This document shows, in pieces, positions 49,090-60,418 of a stretch of 64,000 nt of DNA (position 1 is the first letter of the stretch; every line of letters begins with the position of its first letter). Location of the stretch: the NCBI GenBank assembly GCA_001783145.1, contig MFQT01000017.1:30119-94118 (forward strand). The letters run 5' to 3'. A model generated the notes under the pieces. It was not told the origin of the DNA, did no database searches, and worked only from the letters and a program-made list of their open reading frames with translations. The stretch comes from Candidatus Magasanikbacteria bacterium RIFOXYB2_FULL_38_10. Its GTDB lineage: Bacteria > Patescibacteriota > Patescibacteriia > Magasanikbacterales > UBA10003. The position numbers and the translations under genes were made by a program.

Positions 49090-50373
49090 TTATTTAATTT
49101 GAGCCGGCAACCTACAAGAGCAATCTTCAAGCAAGATTTCTAGCGATCGGCGTCTTAAAGGATGGATTATCCTTTTTAATTCTTCTAAACTAACCCACTT
49201 ATAATCACATAATTCCTGCTTATCTAAATTTATTTCCAGCCCATCACCGTCATATTTAAGTAAAAAAATATATTTTTCAACGCCGCGATATTTTTTAAAC
49301 CTGCTTTTTTTAGCGGAATTGGTTGTCCGCTCGTAAAAGTAAGGTTTTTTAGCTTCACACAAAACAGAGGTCTTAAAACCAGTTTCTTCTTCTATTTCTC
49401 TTATAACCGCCCTTTCAAGTGATTCGCCTGGTTCAACTCCGCCTTGAGGCGGTTGCCATTGTTCTGTGTATAAAGAATAGAAATCAAAATGTTCCGGAGT
49501 CCTTTTGGCAATAAAAAATTGACCGGAGTTATTGACTATAAAGCCAGCTACTCCCCTTCTAAATTTTTTTTTGAGTATTTTTTTATATTCCCAAATTAAG
49601 CGTAAAAATATAATAGTAGCTTTGAACACTCTTTGTGTTCGATACCTAGGATTAGTAAACAAACGCCATAACCATTCTAAACCGATAACACGGGCTAATT
49701 TAGGCGCTCTTAAGGCCACTCCGGAGATATAATCAAAAGCTCCTCCCACCCCCACAGCTATTTTAACACTTGGCATTTGCGACAAAAAAGAAACCAACCA
49801 CTTTTCTTGTTTAAGGTGGCCAAAAGCTACAAATAAAAGATCGGGTTTAACTTGATTAATGTCGTTTATTATTTTTTGATTTTCTTTTCTATTAAACGAC
49901 AAACCGGTTAAAAACTCATTATGCCAAATTCTTTTATTTTTATCATTTTGAGAGAATTCAATTTTTAATCCGGGATTAGCTCCTGCAATTCTAAGGTGAG
50001 GATATAATTTAACTAATTTTTTAGCAGTTTCTTCCACTACTTTTTTACTTGCCCCTAAAAGATAAATACTCTTATTTTCCATTTGAGCAATCTTGCAGAT
50101 GCCCAACATCAGGTCACTTCCGGGAAACCGAGAAATTTTTTTACCATAAAGAAATAAAGAAGCTAAAATTAAACCAAAACCATCAGCGATATTTAAACTG
50201 CTACGGTAAAAAATTTCCTTAAAAAACCAATCTTGTTCACTATCTACCAGTATTTCTGGATTGGGCGTAGTAATTAGGTTTTGCCCCTTATTCTGTAAAA
50301 ATTCTTTAATTTTAACTAAAATTTGGTTTCTAGATAGGTTGTCTATAGGAACACCTAAAATAGGAGTACGCAT
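49090..50373 (-). CDS. fusion protein: WecB/TagA/CpsF-family glycosyltransferase (GT26) + C-terminal Nudix hydrolase
   Basis: N-terminal roughly 250 aa match the WecG/TagA family (FGHLKQEKW, AVGVGGAFD). C-terminal roughly 150 aa carry a Nudix box GGVEPGESLERAVIREIEEETG. Confidence 0.6.
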   Translation of the reverse strand: MRTPILGVPIDNLSRNQILVKIKEFLQNKGQNLITTPNPEILVDSEQDWFFKEIFYRSSLNIADGFGLILASLFLYGKKISRFPGSDLMLGICKIAQMENKSIYLLGASKKVVEETAKKLVKLYPHLRIAGANPGLKIEFSQNDKNKRIWHNEFLTGLSFNRKENQKIINDINQVKPDLLFVAFGHLKQEKWLVSFLSQMPSVKIAVGVGGAFDYISGVALRAPKLARVIGLEWLWRLFTNPRYRTQRVFKATIIFLRLIWEYKKILKKKFRRGVAGFIVNNSGQFFIAKRTPEHFDFYSLYTEQWQPPQGGVEPGESLERAVIREIEEETGFKTSVLCEAKKPYFYERTTNSAKKSRFKKYRGVEKYIFLLKYDGDGLEINLDKQELCDYKWVSLEELKRIIHPLRRRSLEILLEDCSCRLPAQIK

Positions 50374-50533
50374 ATAACCATATAATAACTTAAAATTGAA
50401 TTTTTGGCAAAAAAAATAATTAAGCTAATTTCAGCCAAAAAATTCACTTCTTGACTTATTCATATAATAAATGTAATATAAGAATATTAGCACTCTCACT
50501 TAATGAGTGCTAAAAAATAATTGATTTTATTTT

Positions 50534-53170
50534 ATGAACCCACAAAATTTTACAGTTAAATCTCAAGAAGCTTTAGCTCGTGCTCAACAAATTTCTCAAG
50601 AATATAATAATCCTAATTTAGAATCAATTCATTTGTTAGCTTCTTTAACCGAACAAGAAGAAGGTGTGCCGGTTTTGGTATTTAGAAAAATTGGTTTAAA
50701 TATTGGTATTTTAAAACAGCAAATTGAACAAGAGCTAAATAAAATTCCTAAAGGACAGCCTCCGCGCCAAGGCGGAGTTGGTCAAATTTTTATTAGTCAG
50801 GACATGATGAATATTTTAAATGAATCTGGGAAACAGGCGCAAAATTTAAAAGATGATTATATTTCTACCGAACATTTACTTCTGGCACTTTTAGAATTTA
50901 ACTCTCCTACTAAAAAATTACTGAATAACTTGGGCATTGATTATGATCAAACTTTAAAAGTTTTGGCCAGTGTACGTGGCACACAAAAGGTTGATTCTCC
51001 GGAACCGGAAACCAAATATAATGCTTTAGAAAAATATGGCAAAAATTTAACTCAACTGGCTAGACAAAAAAAGTTAGACCCCGTAATTGGGCGCGACGAA
51101 GAGATTCGTCGGGTAATGCAAGTTTTATCTCGTCGTACAAAAAATAATCCGGTGTTGATTGGCGAACCAGGTACTGGCAAAACTGCCATTGCCGAAGGTT
51201 TGGCTCAACGTATTATTTCCGGCGATGTACCAGAAACACTAAAGGACAAAGAATTAATATCTTTAGATATTGGTTCTTTAGTTGCCGGTACCAAATTTCG
51301 CGGCGAATTTGAAGAACGCCTTAAAGCTGTTTTAAAAGAAATTGGGGCGGCTACTGGTAAAATTATTTTGTTTATTGATGAATTGCACACCATTGTGGGC
51401 GCAGGTGGATCTGAAGGGGCGATTGATGCTTCTAACATGCTTAAACCGGCCTTGGCACGCGGAGAATTACACGCCATTGGAGCCACAACCTTAAAAGAAT
51501 ATCAAAAATACATAGAAAAAGATGCGGCTCTAGAGAGACGCTTTCAACCGGTACTTGTTAATGAGCCAAATACTGCCGATGCTATCGCTATTTTGCGCGG
51601 TATTAAAGAAAAATATGAAGTCCATCACGGCGTACGTATTACGGATTCGGCTATTGTTTCGGCCGTGGAATTATCCGTTCGTTATATTACTGATAGATTT
51701 TTACCCGATAAGGCCATTGATTTAATAGACGAAGCCGCCTCTTCTCTGCGTATGGAAATAGATTCCATGCCTTTGGATTTAGATAAAATGAAACGGGAAA
51801 TAATGAAATTAGAGATTGAAAAAACGGCTTTATCCAAAGAATCTGATAAAGACAGTAAAGATAAAATTAAGAAAATAGAAAGACAACTGGCTGATTTAAA
51901 AGAACAATCGGCAGAATTAGAATTACACTGGAAAAATGAAAAAGAAATTATTACCAAAATCAGAGAATTAAAAAAGAAGCTAGAACAATTAAAACAAGAA
52001 GCGGAAATTGCCGAACGTAAAAGTGAATTACAAAAAGTGGCGGAAATTCGTTATGGCACCATTCCGGCTACGGAAAAAGAAATCAAAAGTCAAGAAAAAA
52101 AATTGGTGGAAACTCAAAAATCACACCGTATCTTGAAAGAAGAAGTTTCCGAAGAAGATGTTGCCAATATCGTGGCCCGTTGGACCGGTATTCCCGTTTC
52201 TAAAATGTTACAAAAAGAAACAGCTAAATTGGCAAAGATGGAAAGTGAATTGCAAAAACGAGTCGTTGGTCAAATGGATGCCATCAAATCTGTTTCTAAC
52301 GCTGTCCGTCGTAACCGTGCCGGCATTAGTGAAGAGAATCGCCCTATCGGTTCCTTTATCTTTTTAGGTCAAACGGGCGTAGGCAAAACAGAACTGGCCA
52401 AGGCTTTGGCTGAATTTATGTTTAACAGTGAAGATTCTTTGGTTAGATTGGATATGTCTGAATATATGGAGAAACATAGTGTTTCTAAGATGGTAGGGTC
52501 CCCTCCCGGCTATGTCGGCTATGAGGAAGGAGGCCAACTTACGGAAATAGTGCGTCGCAAACCCTACTGTGTCATTTTGTTTGATGAAATTGAGAAAGCC
52601 CATCCTGACATTTTTAATATGTTATTACAAATTTTAGAAGACGGAAGGCTTACTGATACCAAGGGCCGCCATGTTAATTTTAAAAACACCATTATTATCA
52701 TGACTTCCAATTTGGGAAGTGAATTAATTTTAGAAGCCAAAGAAAAAGGAGATTTTGGTTTTACCTCGGGAGACGAAAAAAACAAAAATCTTGACAGGAT
52801 TATTCAAGATAAGATATTGGAAGTTCTTCGCGATCATTTTAAGCCGGAATTTTTAAACAGAATTGATGAAATTATAACTTTTCACTCTCTTAAGGAAAAA
52901 GAAATTGAGCAAATTGTTGATTTACAATTAGTTAGGGTTGTTAAAAGATTGGAAGAAAAGAAAATTAAGATTAAAATTGTTGAAAAGGCTAAAAAATATT
53001 TAGCGGAAAAAGGATTTAGCCCTATTTTTGGTGCCAGACCCTTAAAAAGAGTTATTCAATCAGAGCTTTTAGATCCTTTGGCCTTAGAGATAATTGAAGG
53101 AAAAATTAAGTCAGGAGATAGCGTTTTAGTTGATTTAGAAAAAAACAAGCTTAATTTAACAATTAAATAA
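50534..53170 (+). CDS. clpB: ATP-dependent chaperone ClpB
   Basis: Two AAA+ modules ([16 protein letters not shown]), a long middle coiled-coil and a Clp N domain. Confidence 0.95.
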   Translation: MNPQNFTVKSQEALARAQQISQEYNNPNLESIHLLASLTEQEEGVPVLVFRKIGLNIGILKQQIEQELNKIPKGQPPRQGGVGQIFISQDMMNILNESGKQAQNLKDDYISTEHLLLALLEFNSPTKKLLNNLGIDYDQTLKVLASVRGTQKVDSPEPETKYNALEKYGKNLTQLARQKKLDPVIGRDEEIRRVMQVLSRRTKNNPVLIGEPGTGKTAIAEGLAQRIISGDVPETLKDKELISLDIGSLVAGTKFRGEFEERLKAVLKEIGAATGKIILFIDELHTIVGAGGSEGAIDASNMLKPALARGELHAIGATTLKEYQKYIEKDAALERRFQPVLVNEPNTADAIAILRGIKEKYEVHHGVRITDSAIVSAVELSVRYITDRFLPDKAIDLIDEAASSLRMEIDSMPLDLDKMKREIMKLEIEKTALSKESDKDSKDKIKKIERQLADLKEQSAELELHWKNEKEIITKIRELKKKLEQLKQEAEIAERKSELQKVAEIRYGTIPATEKEIKSQEKKLVETQKSHRILKEEVSEEDVANIVARWTGIPVSKMLQKETAKLAKMESELQKRVVGQMDAIKSVSNAVRRNRAGISEENRPIGSFIFLGQTGVGKTELAKALAEFMFNSEDSLVRLDMSEYMEKHSVSKMVGSPPGYVGYEEGGQLTEIVRRKPYCVILFDEIEKAHPDIFNMLLQILEDGRLTDTKGRHVNFKNTIIIMTSNLGSELILEAKEKGDFGFTSGDEKNKNLDRIIQDKILEVLRDHFKPEFLNRIDEIITFHSLKEKEIEQIVDLQLVRVVKRLEEKKIKIKIVEKAKKYLAEKGFSPIFGARPLKRVIQSELLDPLALEIIEGKIKSGDSVLVDLEKNKLNLTIK

Positions 53171-53207
53171 TTTTGATTTTTGCGTCCAAAAATGGTAAAC
53201 TTAAAAC

Positions 53208-54644
53208 ATGAAAAATAAGATTAGAATAACAATTTTTATATTGGCTTTTTTGGTATTTTTTTTACCCAATTTCTCGCCTCTTTTAGCTCAAATTGCGGCA
53301 ATAAATGAACCCGTTAATCCTCTTTTTAATCCTAATCATATTATTTCTGACGCGGAGATGACAGATTACGCTTGTATGAATTTGGAAGAAATAGATAATT
53401 TTTTAAAAAATAAGACCGGAATTTTAAACAATTATGAAATTCTTGAACCTTCTACCAGCCTAAACTTAAAAGCTTCACAAATAATTTACAATGCGGCACA
53501 GAATTATAAAATAAATCCTAAGGTTCTTCTGGTACTTCTTCAAAAAGAACAAAGCTTAGTGGAAAATCCCAACCCCACTCAATATAACTTTGATTGGGCC
53601 GCCGGTTACGCTCGTTGTGATTCTTGCGGACCGCTTGATCCAACCGCCTTAAGATACAAAGGTTTTGCTAAACAAGTTGATGGAGCCGCAGGAGCTTTGC
53701 GATTTTATACCGACAACCAAAATGAAGGTTGGGCTAAAAAGCCAGGCTTAATCTACAATATTGATTCCATTCCAGTCATTCCCGCTAATGTAGCTACGGC
53801 AAATCTTTACACCTATACCCCCCATTTTCGCGGTAATTACAATTTTTGGAAAATTTGGAATAGATGGTTTTCGCAAAAATTTCCCGACGGTATGATTGTA
53901 CAAGTTCCCAATAGCGATCAAATTTATCTTATCCAAAGTGGTAAAATCTTACCTTTTAAAAATAAAGCGGTCTTTTTATCTAGATACAACCCCAAAAGCA
54001 TCACTTTTGTTTCCGAAGTTGACCTAAATTTTTATCCCAAGGGACAGGAGATCAAATTTTTAAATTATTCTTTAATTAAAACCGATAAAAACCATACTTA
54101 TCTTTTGGTAGATGAAAAAAAACGGTTGATTGATAAAATGGCCATGAAATATTACGGATTTGGCACTGATGAAGTGATTACCGGCACAGAAGAAAATTTA
54201 GCAATCTATCTTGAGGGTGCCCCTGTCTCTGTTAAAGCTAAATATCCTTTAGGTGCTTTGATGTTGGAAACCAAAAGTAATTCCTATTTTTTGGTAGAAG
54301 ATAGCATTAAGCATCCTATCTATGATAAAGAAATTGTTAAAATAAATTTTCCTAATAAAAAAATTGTAAAAACTACAGCCACGACTCTTAAAAAATACAG
54401 GGAAGGAAATCCCATCCTTTTAAATGATGGCGTTTGGGTAAAAACCAGTTCTTCTCCCGATGTCTTTATTATTTCTAATGGTAATAGAAGACTAATCAAA
54501 GACGAGACAACTTTTGAAGCACTGGGAGGCCGACAAGAAAACTTAGTAATTCTTAATGAAAAAGCCCTGGCTACTCATCCTTTGGGTGACACCATCAGTT
54601 TAAACAATCAATCAATTTCTCTAACTCAAGCTAATAACAATTAA
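53208..54644 (+). CDS. secreted hypothetical protein with four internal repeats
   Basis: N-terminal signal peptide. Four repeats of about 25 aa with a [YF][LF][LIV]...G/K...[PL][IF] beta-strand-like pattern (HTYLLVDEKKRLI, QIYLIQSGKILPF, SYFLVEDSIKHPI, DVFIISNGNRRLI). Confidence 0.4.
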   Translation: MKNKIRITIFILAFLVFFLPNFSPLLAQIAAINEPVNPLFNPNHIISDAEMTDYACMNLEEIDNFLKNKTGILNNYEILEPSTSLNLKASQIIYNAAQNYKINPKVLLVLLQKEQSLVENPNPTQYNFDWAAGYARCDSCGPLDPTALRYKGFAKQVDGAAGALRFYTDNQNEGWAKKPGLIYNIDSIPVIPANVATANLYTYTPHFRGNYNFWKIWNRWFSQKFPDGMIVQVPNSDQIYLIQSGKILPFKNKAVFLSRYNPKSITFVSEVDLNFYPKGQEIKFLNYSLIKTDKNHTYLLVDEKKRLIDKMAMKYYGFGTDEVITGTEENLAIYLEGAPVSVKAKYPLGALMLETKSNSYFLVEDSIKHPIYDKEIVKINFPNKKIVKTTATTLKKYREGNPILLNDGVWVKTSSSPDVFIISNGNRRLIKDETTFEALGGRQENLVILNEKALATHPLGDTISLNNQSISLTQANNN

Positions 54645-54645
54645 T

Positions 54646-55440
54646 ATGTCCTTAGTTTTTGCTGCCCTCTCCCCCCACCCTCCGCTTTTGATACCTACTA
54701 TTGGCAGAGAAAATTTAAATAAATTAGAAAAAACCAAACAAGCCTTAGAGGAATTGGAAAAAGCTCTATATATTTCCCAGCCTGATACTCTTGTTTTAAT
54801 TACCCCTCATGGAAAAATTTTTAAAGATTCATTTACTATCAATGCCAACCCGGAATTTAATTTTGATTTTAAAGAATTTGGAGATATTTCAACACAGGGT
54901 AATTTTAAAGCCGATTTGAATTTAATAGCCGATGTTTCTAATGCGGCTAAAAATCAAAATTTTCCCTTAATTTTGAATAGTGAACCCTCTCTTGATTACG
55001 GTTCGGCCGTACCTTTATATTACTTATCAAGACATCTTAATAGGTTAAAGGTTGTACCTATCAGTTATTCCTTACTTGAGCTTAAAAGACAAGTGGATTT
55101 TGGTTATTTTTTAAAAGAAGTTTTCATGAATTCTGCCAAACGTATTGCTGTTATTGCATCGGGCGATCTTTCCCACTGTTTATCCGATTCTGGTCCCGGG
55201 GGTTTTTCCCCGGCTGGGAAAAAATTTGATGATTTGGTTTTAGAAAGTTTAAAAAATAAAAATACTACAGGCTTGATGAATATTGAACAAACGATGAGTT
55301 CAGAGGCTCGCGAATGCGGTTTGCGTTCCCTATTAATACTTATGGGCGTACTAAGAAACGTTAATTATGATTTAAAAATTTATTCTTACGAAAGTCCTTT
55401 TGGCATAGGTCACCTAGTGGTTAATTTTTCTTTAGAATAA
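54646..55440 (+). CDS. class III extradiol dioxygenase subunit B-like / AmmeMemoRadiSam protein B (Memo-like) family
   Basis: N-terminus MSLVFAALSPHPPLLIP ... ITPHG matches the LigB/Memo family fold. Confidence 0.4.
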   Translation: MSLVFAALSPHPPLLIPTIGRENLNKLEKTKQALEELEKALYISQPDTLVLITPHGKIFKDSFTINANPEFNFDFKEFGDISTQGNFKADLNLIADVSNAAKNQNFPLILNSEPSLDYGSAVPLYYLSRHLNRLKVVPISYSLLELKRQVDFGYFLKEVFMNSAKRIAVIASGDLSHCLSDSGPGGFSPAGKKFDDLVLESLKNKNTTGLMNIEQTMSSEARECGLRSLLILMGVLRNVNYDLKIYSYESPFGIGHLVVNFSLE

Positions 55441-55454
55441 ATTTTAAAATATCT

Positions 55455-55706
55455 ATGGAAGGGATCCAAAAAATAATCAAGCAGAAATTATCAGCAGAAA
55501 ATAAACAGATTCATTCCCCTTTGCAATACTGGGCCGATATCATTTCTCAGTCTTTTGGCGAAAGAAAAAAGTTTGGTATGTATTTAGGGATTATTAAACG
55601 AATAGGTTTAGAAGAAGCCAAAAAAATTTTTGCTGAAATAAAACAAAGCAATGTCCAAAATCCCGGAAAATTGTTTTTGTGGAAAAGTAAGCAAAAAAAA
55701 GATTAA
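55455..55706 (+). CDS. hypothetical small protein
   Basis: 83-aa ORF immediately upstream of def. No recognisable family. Confidence 0.3.
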   Translation: MEGIQKIIKQKLSAENKQIHSPLQYWADIISQSFGERKKFGMYLGIIKRIGLEEAKKIFAEIKQSNVQNPGKLFLWKSKQKKD

Positions 55707-55707
55707 T

Positions 55708-56160
55708 ATGAGTTTACTTAATATAGTAACAACCCCCAGTTCAAAGCTCAAAAAACCTTCGGAGGATATTAAAAAGGAAAAAATTAAAGAATTTAAATCT
55801 TTGATTAAGAACATGCTGGAAACAATGTACCTTTCCGACGGTATTGGACTGGCGGCCGTACAAATAGGTCTAAACATAAACCTGGCAGTTATTGGCAAAG
55901 AAGCTACTTTAGATGACAAGGATTTGATTTTAATAAATCCTAAAATAATTAAACACTCTTGGAGAAAAATAATTGCCGAGGAAGGATGCCTCTCTGTTCC
56001 CGGAATAACTAAAAGAGTGCCCAGGTTTGCTAAAATAAAAGTTAAAGCCCTAAATCAAGATGGTCAATCTTTAAATTTTGATGCTTCTGATTTTTTAGCC
56101 AGAGTCATCCAGCATGAAATAGATCATTTGCAGGGTATTCTAATTACCGATTATGTATAA
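55708..56160 (+). CDS. def: peptide deformylase
   Basis: Motifs GIGLAAVQIG, EGCLSVPG and QHEIDHLQG. ATG at 55708 (the track ORF start upstream is in low-complexity sequence). Confidence 0.9.
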   Translation: MSLLNIVTTPSSKLKKPSEDIKKEKIKEFKSLIKNMLETMYLSDGIGLAAVQIGLNINLAVIGKEATLDDKDLILINPKIIKHSWRKIIAEEGCLSVPGITKRVPRFAKIKVKALNQDGQSLNFDASDFLARVIQHEIDHLQGILITDYV

Positions 56161-57076
56161 AGTTGTTTTTTTTGGAACACAAGAATTTGCTAAAGAAATT
56201 TTAGAAAAATTAATATCTGATAAGAATTTTAGCATAGAATTAGTAATTACCCCACCGGATAAACCTATTGGCAGAAAAAAAGAAATTTTTTTTTCTCCAG
56301 TTAAAAACTTGGCCTTAAAAGAAAAGATTAAAGTAGAACAGCCGGAAAATTTAAAAAATACTGCTTTAAATTTAAATTTTTTTGATGTAGGCGTGGTGGC
56401 TCAATATGGCTTTCTTATACCAAAAAAAATTCTAGAAATGCCTAAATTTGGAATGATTAATGTCCACACTTCTCTTTTACCTCTTTATCGCGGACCATCT
56501 CCTCTGCAAAGCGCTATTTTAAATAATGAAAAAAATACCGGTGTAACCATAATGAAGATGGATGAAGGTATGGATACCGGTCCGATTTTAAGTCAAAAAA
56601 AAATCAGCATCAATCCGGATGATATTTATCCTGTTTTGGAAAAAAAACTGGCACAAAAGGGATCCGACTTGTTAATACAAACTTTAAAGGATTATTTGCA
56701 AGGAAGAGTTGAACCACAAAATCAGATTGGCTCGCAGGCAACTTATACTAAAATTCTGCAAAAAAACGATGGTAAAATTGATCCTCAAAATTCTTGTCAA
56801 AAAATTTATGATAAATGGAGAGCTTTCTTTTCCTGGCCGGGAATTTTTTTAGAAGTTAATCCTTTAAAAATTAAATTAGTCAAAGTTGAATGCATTGAGG
56901 AATCCTTAACCCATTTATCCCCCGGATATTTAGTGGAATTCAAAAAAAACCGCTTAGGATTAATTTGCGGTGATAAGAAAATTCTAGAAATATTAGAAAT
57001 TCAGCCGGAAAATAAAAAGATAATGTCCGCCTCCTCATTTATTTCCGGATATAAAAAATTATTAAACACTCTTTAA
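56153..57076 (+). CDS. fmt: methionyl-tRNA formyltransferase
   Basis: Formyltransferase N-domain with INVHTSLLPLYRGPSPLQ and a C-terminal domain. Overlaps the def stop. Confidence 0.9.
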   Translation: MYKVVFFGTQEFAKEILEKLISDKNFSIELVITPPDKPIGRKKEIFFSPVKNLALKEKIKVEQPENLKNTALNLNFFDVGVVAQYGFLIPKKILEMPKFGMINVHTSLLPLYRGPSPLQSAILNNEKNTGVTIMKMDEGMDTGPILSQKKISINPDDIYPVLEKKLAQKGSDLLIQTLKDYLQGRVEPQNQIGSQATYTKILQKNDGKIDPQNSCQKIYDKWRAFFSWPGIFLEVNPLKIKLVKVECIEESLTHLSPGYLVEFKKNRLGLICGDKKILEILEIQPENKKIMSASSFISGYKKLLNTL

Positions 57077-57778
57077 TTTGTGCTTAGAAAGAACAAAATT
57101 TTTCCAATAAAAATATTTTTTTAGGGTCGGCAAGGGCAACCAAGGCATTTTATAAAGAAAAGAAGGCAGCCAACTGCTTAATCCATTGCTCCGTATATTA
57201 GCTTTAAATAAAAATTCCGGTACCCAAATGCCGGTTTTATTTTTTTCCAACATCGTCAGCCACATATCCCAATCTTGAAATTTTTGCAAATCTTCATCAA
57301 AGCCGGGAAAATCCCCCCTTCTAATTAAAGAGGCCATGGGGATAAAGTTAAAGGTTTTTAATTTTTGAGCATTAAATTTTTGACAGGGAAAGTCTTTCCA
57401 TCCGAATTTAAAAGAAGAATAAGCGTAAGAATTTTCAGGGTTATTTTGTAAGGCAGTTAAAAGTTTTTCTAAAAACAATTTATCGGCTTCAAGATCCGCA
57501 TCCCAAAAAATAACAAATTCGCCTTGAGATCGCTTAAAACCAAAATTTCTGGCTGCCGGTGCTCCTTGATGCGATCTTTCAAAAAAAAGAATCTGAGGAA
57601 AAAGTTTAGTTAAAATATTTTTATCATAAGAAGCATCTTTGGCATTAGAACCATCATCCACAACGATAATTTCTATTTTTTTAAAGATAGTTTGTTTAAC
57701 TAAAAACTTTAATGAGTTAAATAGCTCTGTATAATGATTGTAAACGGGAATAATTACAGAGATTAAAGGATTGGGCAT
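57062..57778 (-). CDS. family 2 glycosyltransferase
   Basis: SVIIPVYNH ... VDDGS ... FWDADL is the GT2 pattern. Confidence 0.7.
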   Translation of the reverse strand: MPNPLISVIIPVYNHYTELFNSLKFLVKQTIFKKIEIIVVDDGSNAKDASYDKNILTKLFPQILFFERSHQGAPAARNFGFKRSQGEFVIFWDADLEADKLFLEKLLTALQNNPENSYAYSSFKFGWKDFPCQKFNAQKLKTFNFIPMASLIRRGDFPGFDEDLQKFQDWDMWLTMLEKNKTGIWVPEFLFKANIRSNGLSSWLPSFLYKMPWLPLPTLKKYFYWKNFVLSKHKLKSV

Positions 57779-57841
57779 ATTTAGTGATTTTTATAATTCC
57801 TATGAGGCGAGCGACGGAATGCACAAGCGCCATGACAGCGC

Positions 57842-58927
57842 TTATATTTCTTTCAACTTAGCAAACTGTTCCTGACAGCTAAATCTTTCTTCAACCAATC
57901 TTCTACCAGCCTCCCCCATTTCCCTAGCTCTATCTTTGTCAGACAGAATTTGAATAAGCGCCTGTTCGAGGTCGTTTAAGGATTCTGGATCAATAATTAA
58001 GCCGGTCTGATTGTTAATAACAGCCTCCGGTACACCACCGGAATTACCGGCTATCACAGGTTTACTGTAGGCTCCGGCTTCAAGGAAAACTGTACCAAAA
58101 CCTTCTGCATCAGGACCTATTTGTCTTGAAGGCATAACAAACACCGAACATTTTTGATACCAGTTAGATATTTCTTCGTCAGCTAAATTATTAAAGAATA
58201 AAACTTTTTTATCAACCTGCAAATTTGCAGCCATTTTTTTTAATTCGTTTTCATATCTGCCAGAGCCAATAATGATATATTGAGCATTAGGAAAAAAATG
58301 CAAAATTTTCGGCATAGCCTCAATTACCTTATCAAAACCCTTTCTTTCAACCAATCTTCCCACCGACAAGATCGTTTGTCCTTCTTCTGGAGTTGATTTT
58401 ATCGAATTTATTTGAAACGGAAAAGCAACACACGGGTAAATAATTATTATTTTTTTTGAATTTAAGCCTAATCTTTCTAATTCTTTTTTAGTAAACTCGC
58501 TATTAGCAACCACCCAATCAGCCGAACATAATATTTTTTTAAGCCAAATTTTTTTCCACCAAAAATTCTGAGGAAATAAGATATCCATACCGTGAGTAAA
58601 CACCAAGTAATGAATACCAAAAAAACTTTTAATAAAAAGAGCGATATAACCCAAAGGCAGTACCTGTCCTATAAAAAGAAAATCAAAATTATTTTTTTTG
58701 ATTTCTTTCACTGTTTTAAACAAAAGAGGGATCCATTTAGGCCAAAATTTTCCTAAGGTCTCCTGAAATAAAACAGTGATATTCAAATTAGAAATTTTTA
58801 CTAAATTATGGTAATAACGAGAAACTCCTCCCTTTAGGGGGGGGAAATCCAGGGTTAAAAATAAAATTTTTTCTTGTTTACTTAGATTCTTCATAATAAT
58901 TTTTTCTGAAAATTGACAGAAATTCAT
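57842..58927 (-). CDS. family 1 (GT4) glycosyltransferase
   Basis: C-terminal E-x7-E GT-B motif region (FVMPSRQIGPDAEGFGTVFLEAGA ... GGVPE). Start may be the internal ATG near 58894. Confidence 0.7.
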   Translation of the reverse strand: MNFCQFSEKIIMKNLSKQEKILFLTLDFPPLKGGVSRYYHNLVKISNLNITVLFQETLGKFWPKWIPLLFKTVKEIKKNNFDFLFIGQVLPLGYIALFIKSFFGIHYLVFTHGMDILFPQNFWWKKIWLKKILCSADWVVANSEFTKKELERLGLNSKKIIIIYPCVAFPFQINSIKSTPEEGQTILSVGRLVERKGFDKVIEAMPKILHFFPNAQYIIIGSGRYENELKKMAANLQVDKKVLFFNNLADEEISNWYQKCSVFVMPSRQIGPDAEGFGTVFLEAGAYSKPVIAGNSGGVPEAVINNQTGLIIDPESLNDLEQALIQILSDKDRAREMGEAGRRLVEERFSCQEQFAKLKEI

Positions 58928-60398
58928 CCACTTCTTTTTTACTTAAAATTTTAGTTATCCACAGCAAAAACAAATAGAACAGACCACCAAAAGTTATCAA
59001 GAGGCCCAAAAAAATAAGGGTCTTGACAAAACCTGTTGGAGTAAAAATGTTTATCAGCCAAATTTTAAAATAATTAACCGTAACTCCCATCAAAAGAGAG
59101 GAAAGAAAAATTTTTAGGATAGTGAACCAATAACTTTTTTTATGCATGCCAACAATTTGTGGAACTGCCGAGTACCCAAAAAATAATAGAAATGAGTTAC
59201 TTGCCACTGCCGCTAAAGCCGCTCCCTTTATTTCCCAAATTGGTATTAGTATTAAATTTAAAATTATATTTAAACACATGGTTAAAACCATAGCCGTTGT
59301 TTGCCAAGCTTGTCTATTACAGGCGTTTAATAGAGAACCGACAGGAAAATCTAAAAAAGCAAAAACCAAACCAAAAACTAGTATTTTTAAAGCAGGAATA
59401 GAAGAAGAGTAAGTCAAACCATAGACCTTATTTATAAAAACATCAGAAAGAACATAAACGCCAAAAGCCAAGGGAAAAGCAATTAAAGACAAATAAATAA
59501 CAGCTTTTTCGAAAAGATACTTTAATCTTTCTTTATTAGAGATAAAAGAGTGGCTCATGGCGGGATACAAAGAAGCGGCAAAGGCCATGGGAATAAACTG
59601 AAAAGCAAAAACCACTTTGTTGGGAATACTATAAAACCCAACGCTTTTAGTATTGATGAGGATAGAAATAAGCACGGCATCAATATAAGAGTAAATTTTA
59701 GTGGAAATTCCAGCCAAAGAAAAAGGCAATGTCAGTTTTACTATTTTTTTAAAATAGTCCTTGTGCCAAATTAGTTTAATTTTTATGTTTAAACGACTAA
59801 CAATCGTTAAAGAAAAAATGAAGTTAAAAAAACTACCGGCGCCTAAGGCTACAAGTAAAAAATAAATGGGTTGTTTTAAAACCAACGCTATAACCCCGGC
59901 GATAATAGTTAAAATTTGTCCAACAATAACACCAAAAGATTCATAAAAAAGATTTTGCAAAGACCTTAAAACTCCGTAAAAAGCCAAAGAGAGAGAATCC
60001 AGGATCATTAAAATGCCGGAAAGAAATATTAAAAAACGCAATTCACCGGAGTATCCTAACGGATAAGTAATCAAAATTAAAAAAACATAAGCAAATACGG
60101 CTAAAAATATCTTTAAAAAGATAACTTGACCTAACCAAATGTCAATTTTTATTTTTTCTCTAGCGCCTTCTCTTATTAAAACTTGTGTTAAACCCAGATC
60201 GGCAAAAATAGAGAAAAGGCTGGAAAAGGACAAGGCAGTGACATAAAGACCAACATTCTCTACACCCACGAATCTAGCTATTAAACTAAAATAGATAAAA
60301 GAAAAAATCTTCTGGCCAATATAAGCCGAGGTTAAAAAGAAGGTATTTTTAGCTATTTTAGCTGTCATAGTCTGGTTTAATACTATCAAAGTTATCAC
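58878..60398 (-). CDS. polysaccharide/O-antigen flippase (Wzx-like, MOP superfamily)
   Basis: About 500 aa with 12-14 TM helices and a Wzx-like N-terminal pattern. Adjacent to two glycosyltransferases. Confidence 0.65.
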   Translation of the reverse strand: MITLIVLNQTMTAKIAKNTFFLTSAYIGQKIFSFIYFSLIARFVGVENVGLYVTALSFSSLFSIFADLGLTQVLIREGAREKIKIDIWLGQVIFLKIFLAVFAYVFLILITYPLGYSGELRFLIFLSGILMILDSLSLAFYGVLRSLQNLFYESFGVIVGQILTIIAGVIALVLKQPIYFLLVALGAGSFFNFIFSLTIVSRLNIKIKLIWHKDYFKKIVKLTLPFSLAGISTKIYSYIDAVLISILINTKSVGFYSIPNKVVFAFQFIPMAFAASLYPAMSHSFISNKERLKYLFEKAVIYLSLIAFPLAFGVYVLSDVFINKVYGLTYSSSIPALKILVFGLVFAFLDFPVGSLLNACNRQAWQTTAMVLTMCLNIILNLILIPIWEIKGAALAAVASNSFLLFFGYSAVPQIVGMHKKSYWFTILKIFLSSLLMGVTVNYFKIWLINIFTPTGFVKTLIFLGLLITFGGLFYLFLLWITKILSKKEVDEFLSIFRKNYYEESK

Positions 60399-60418
60399 TT
60401 CTTTTCAATAAACAAATC

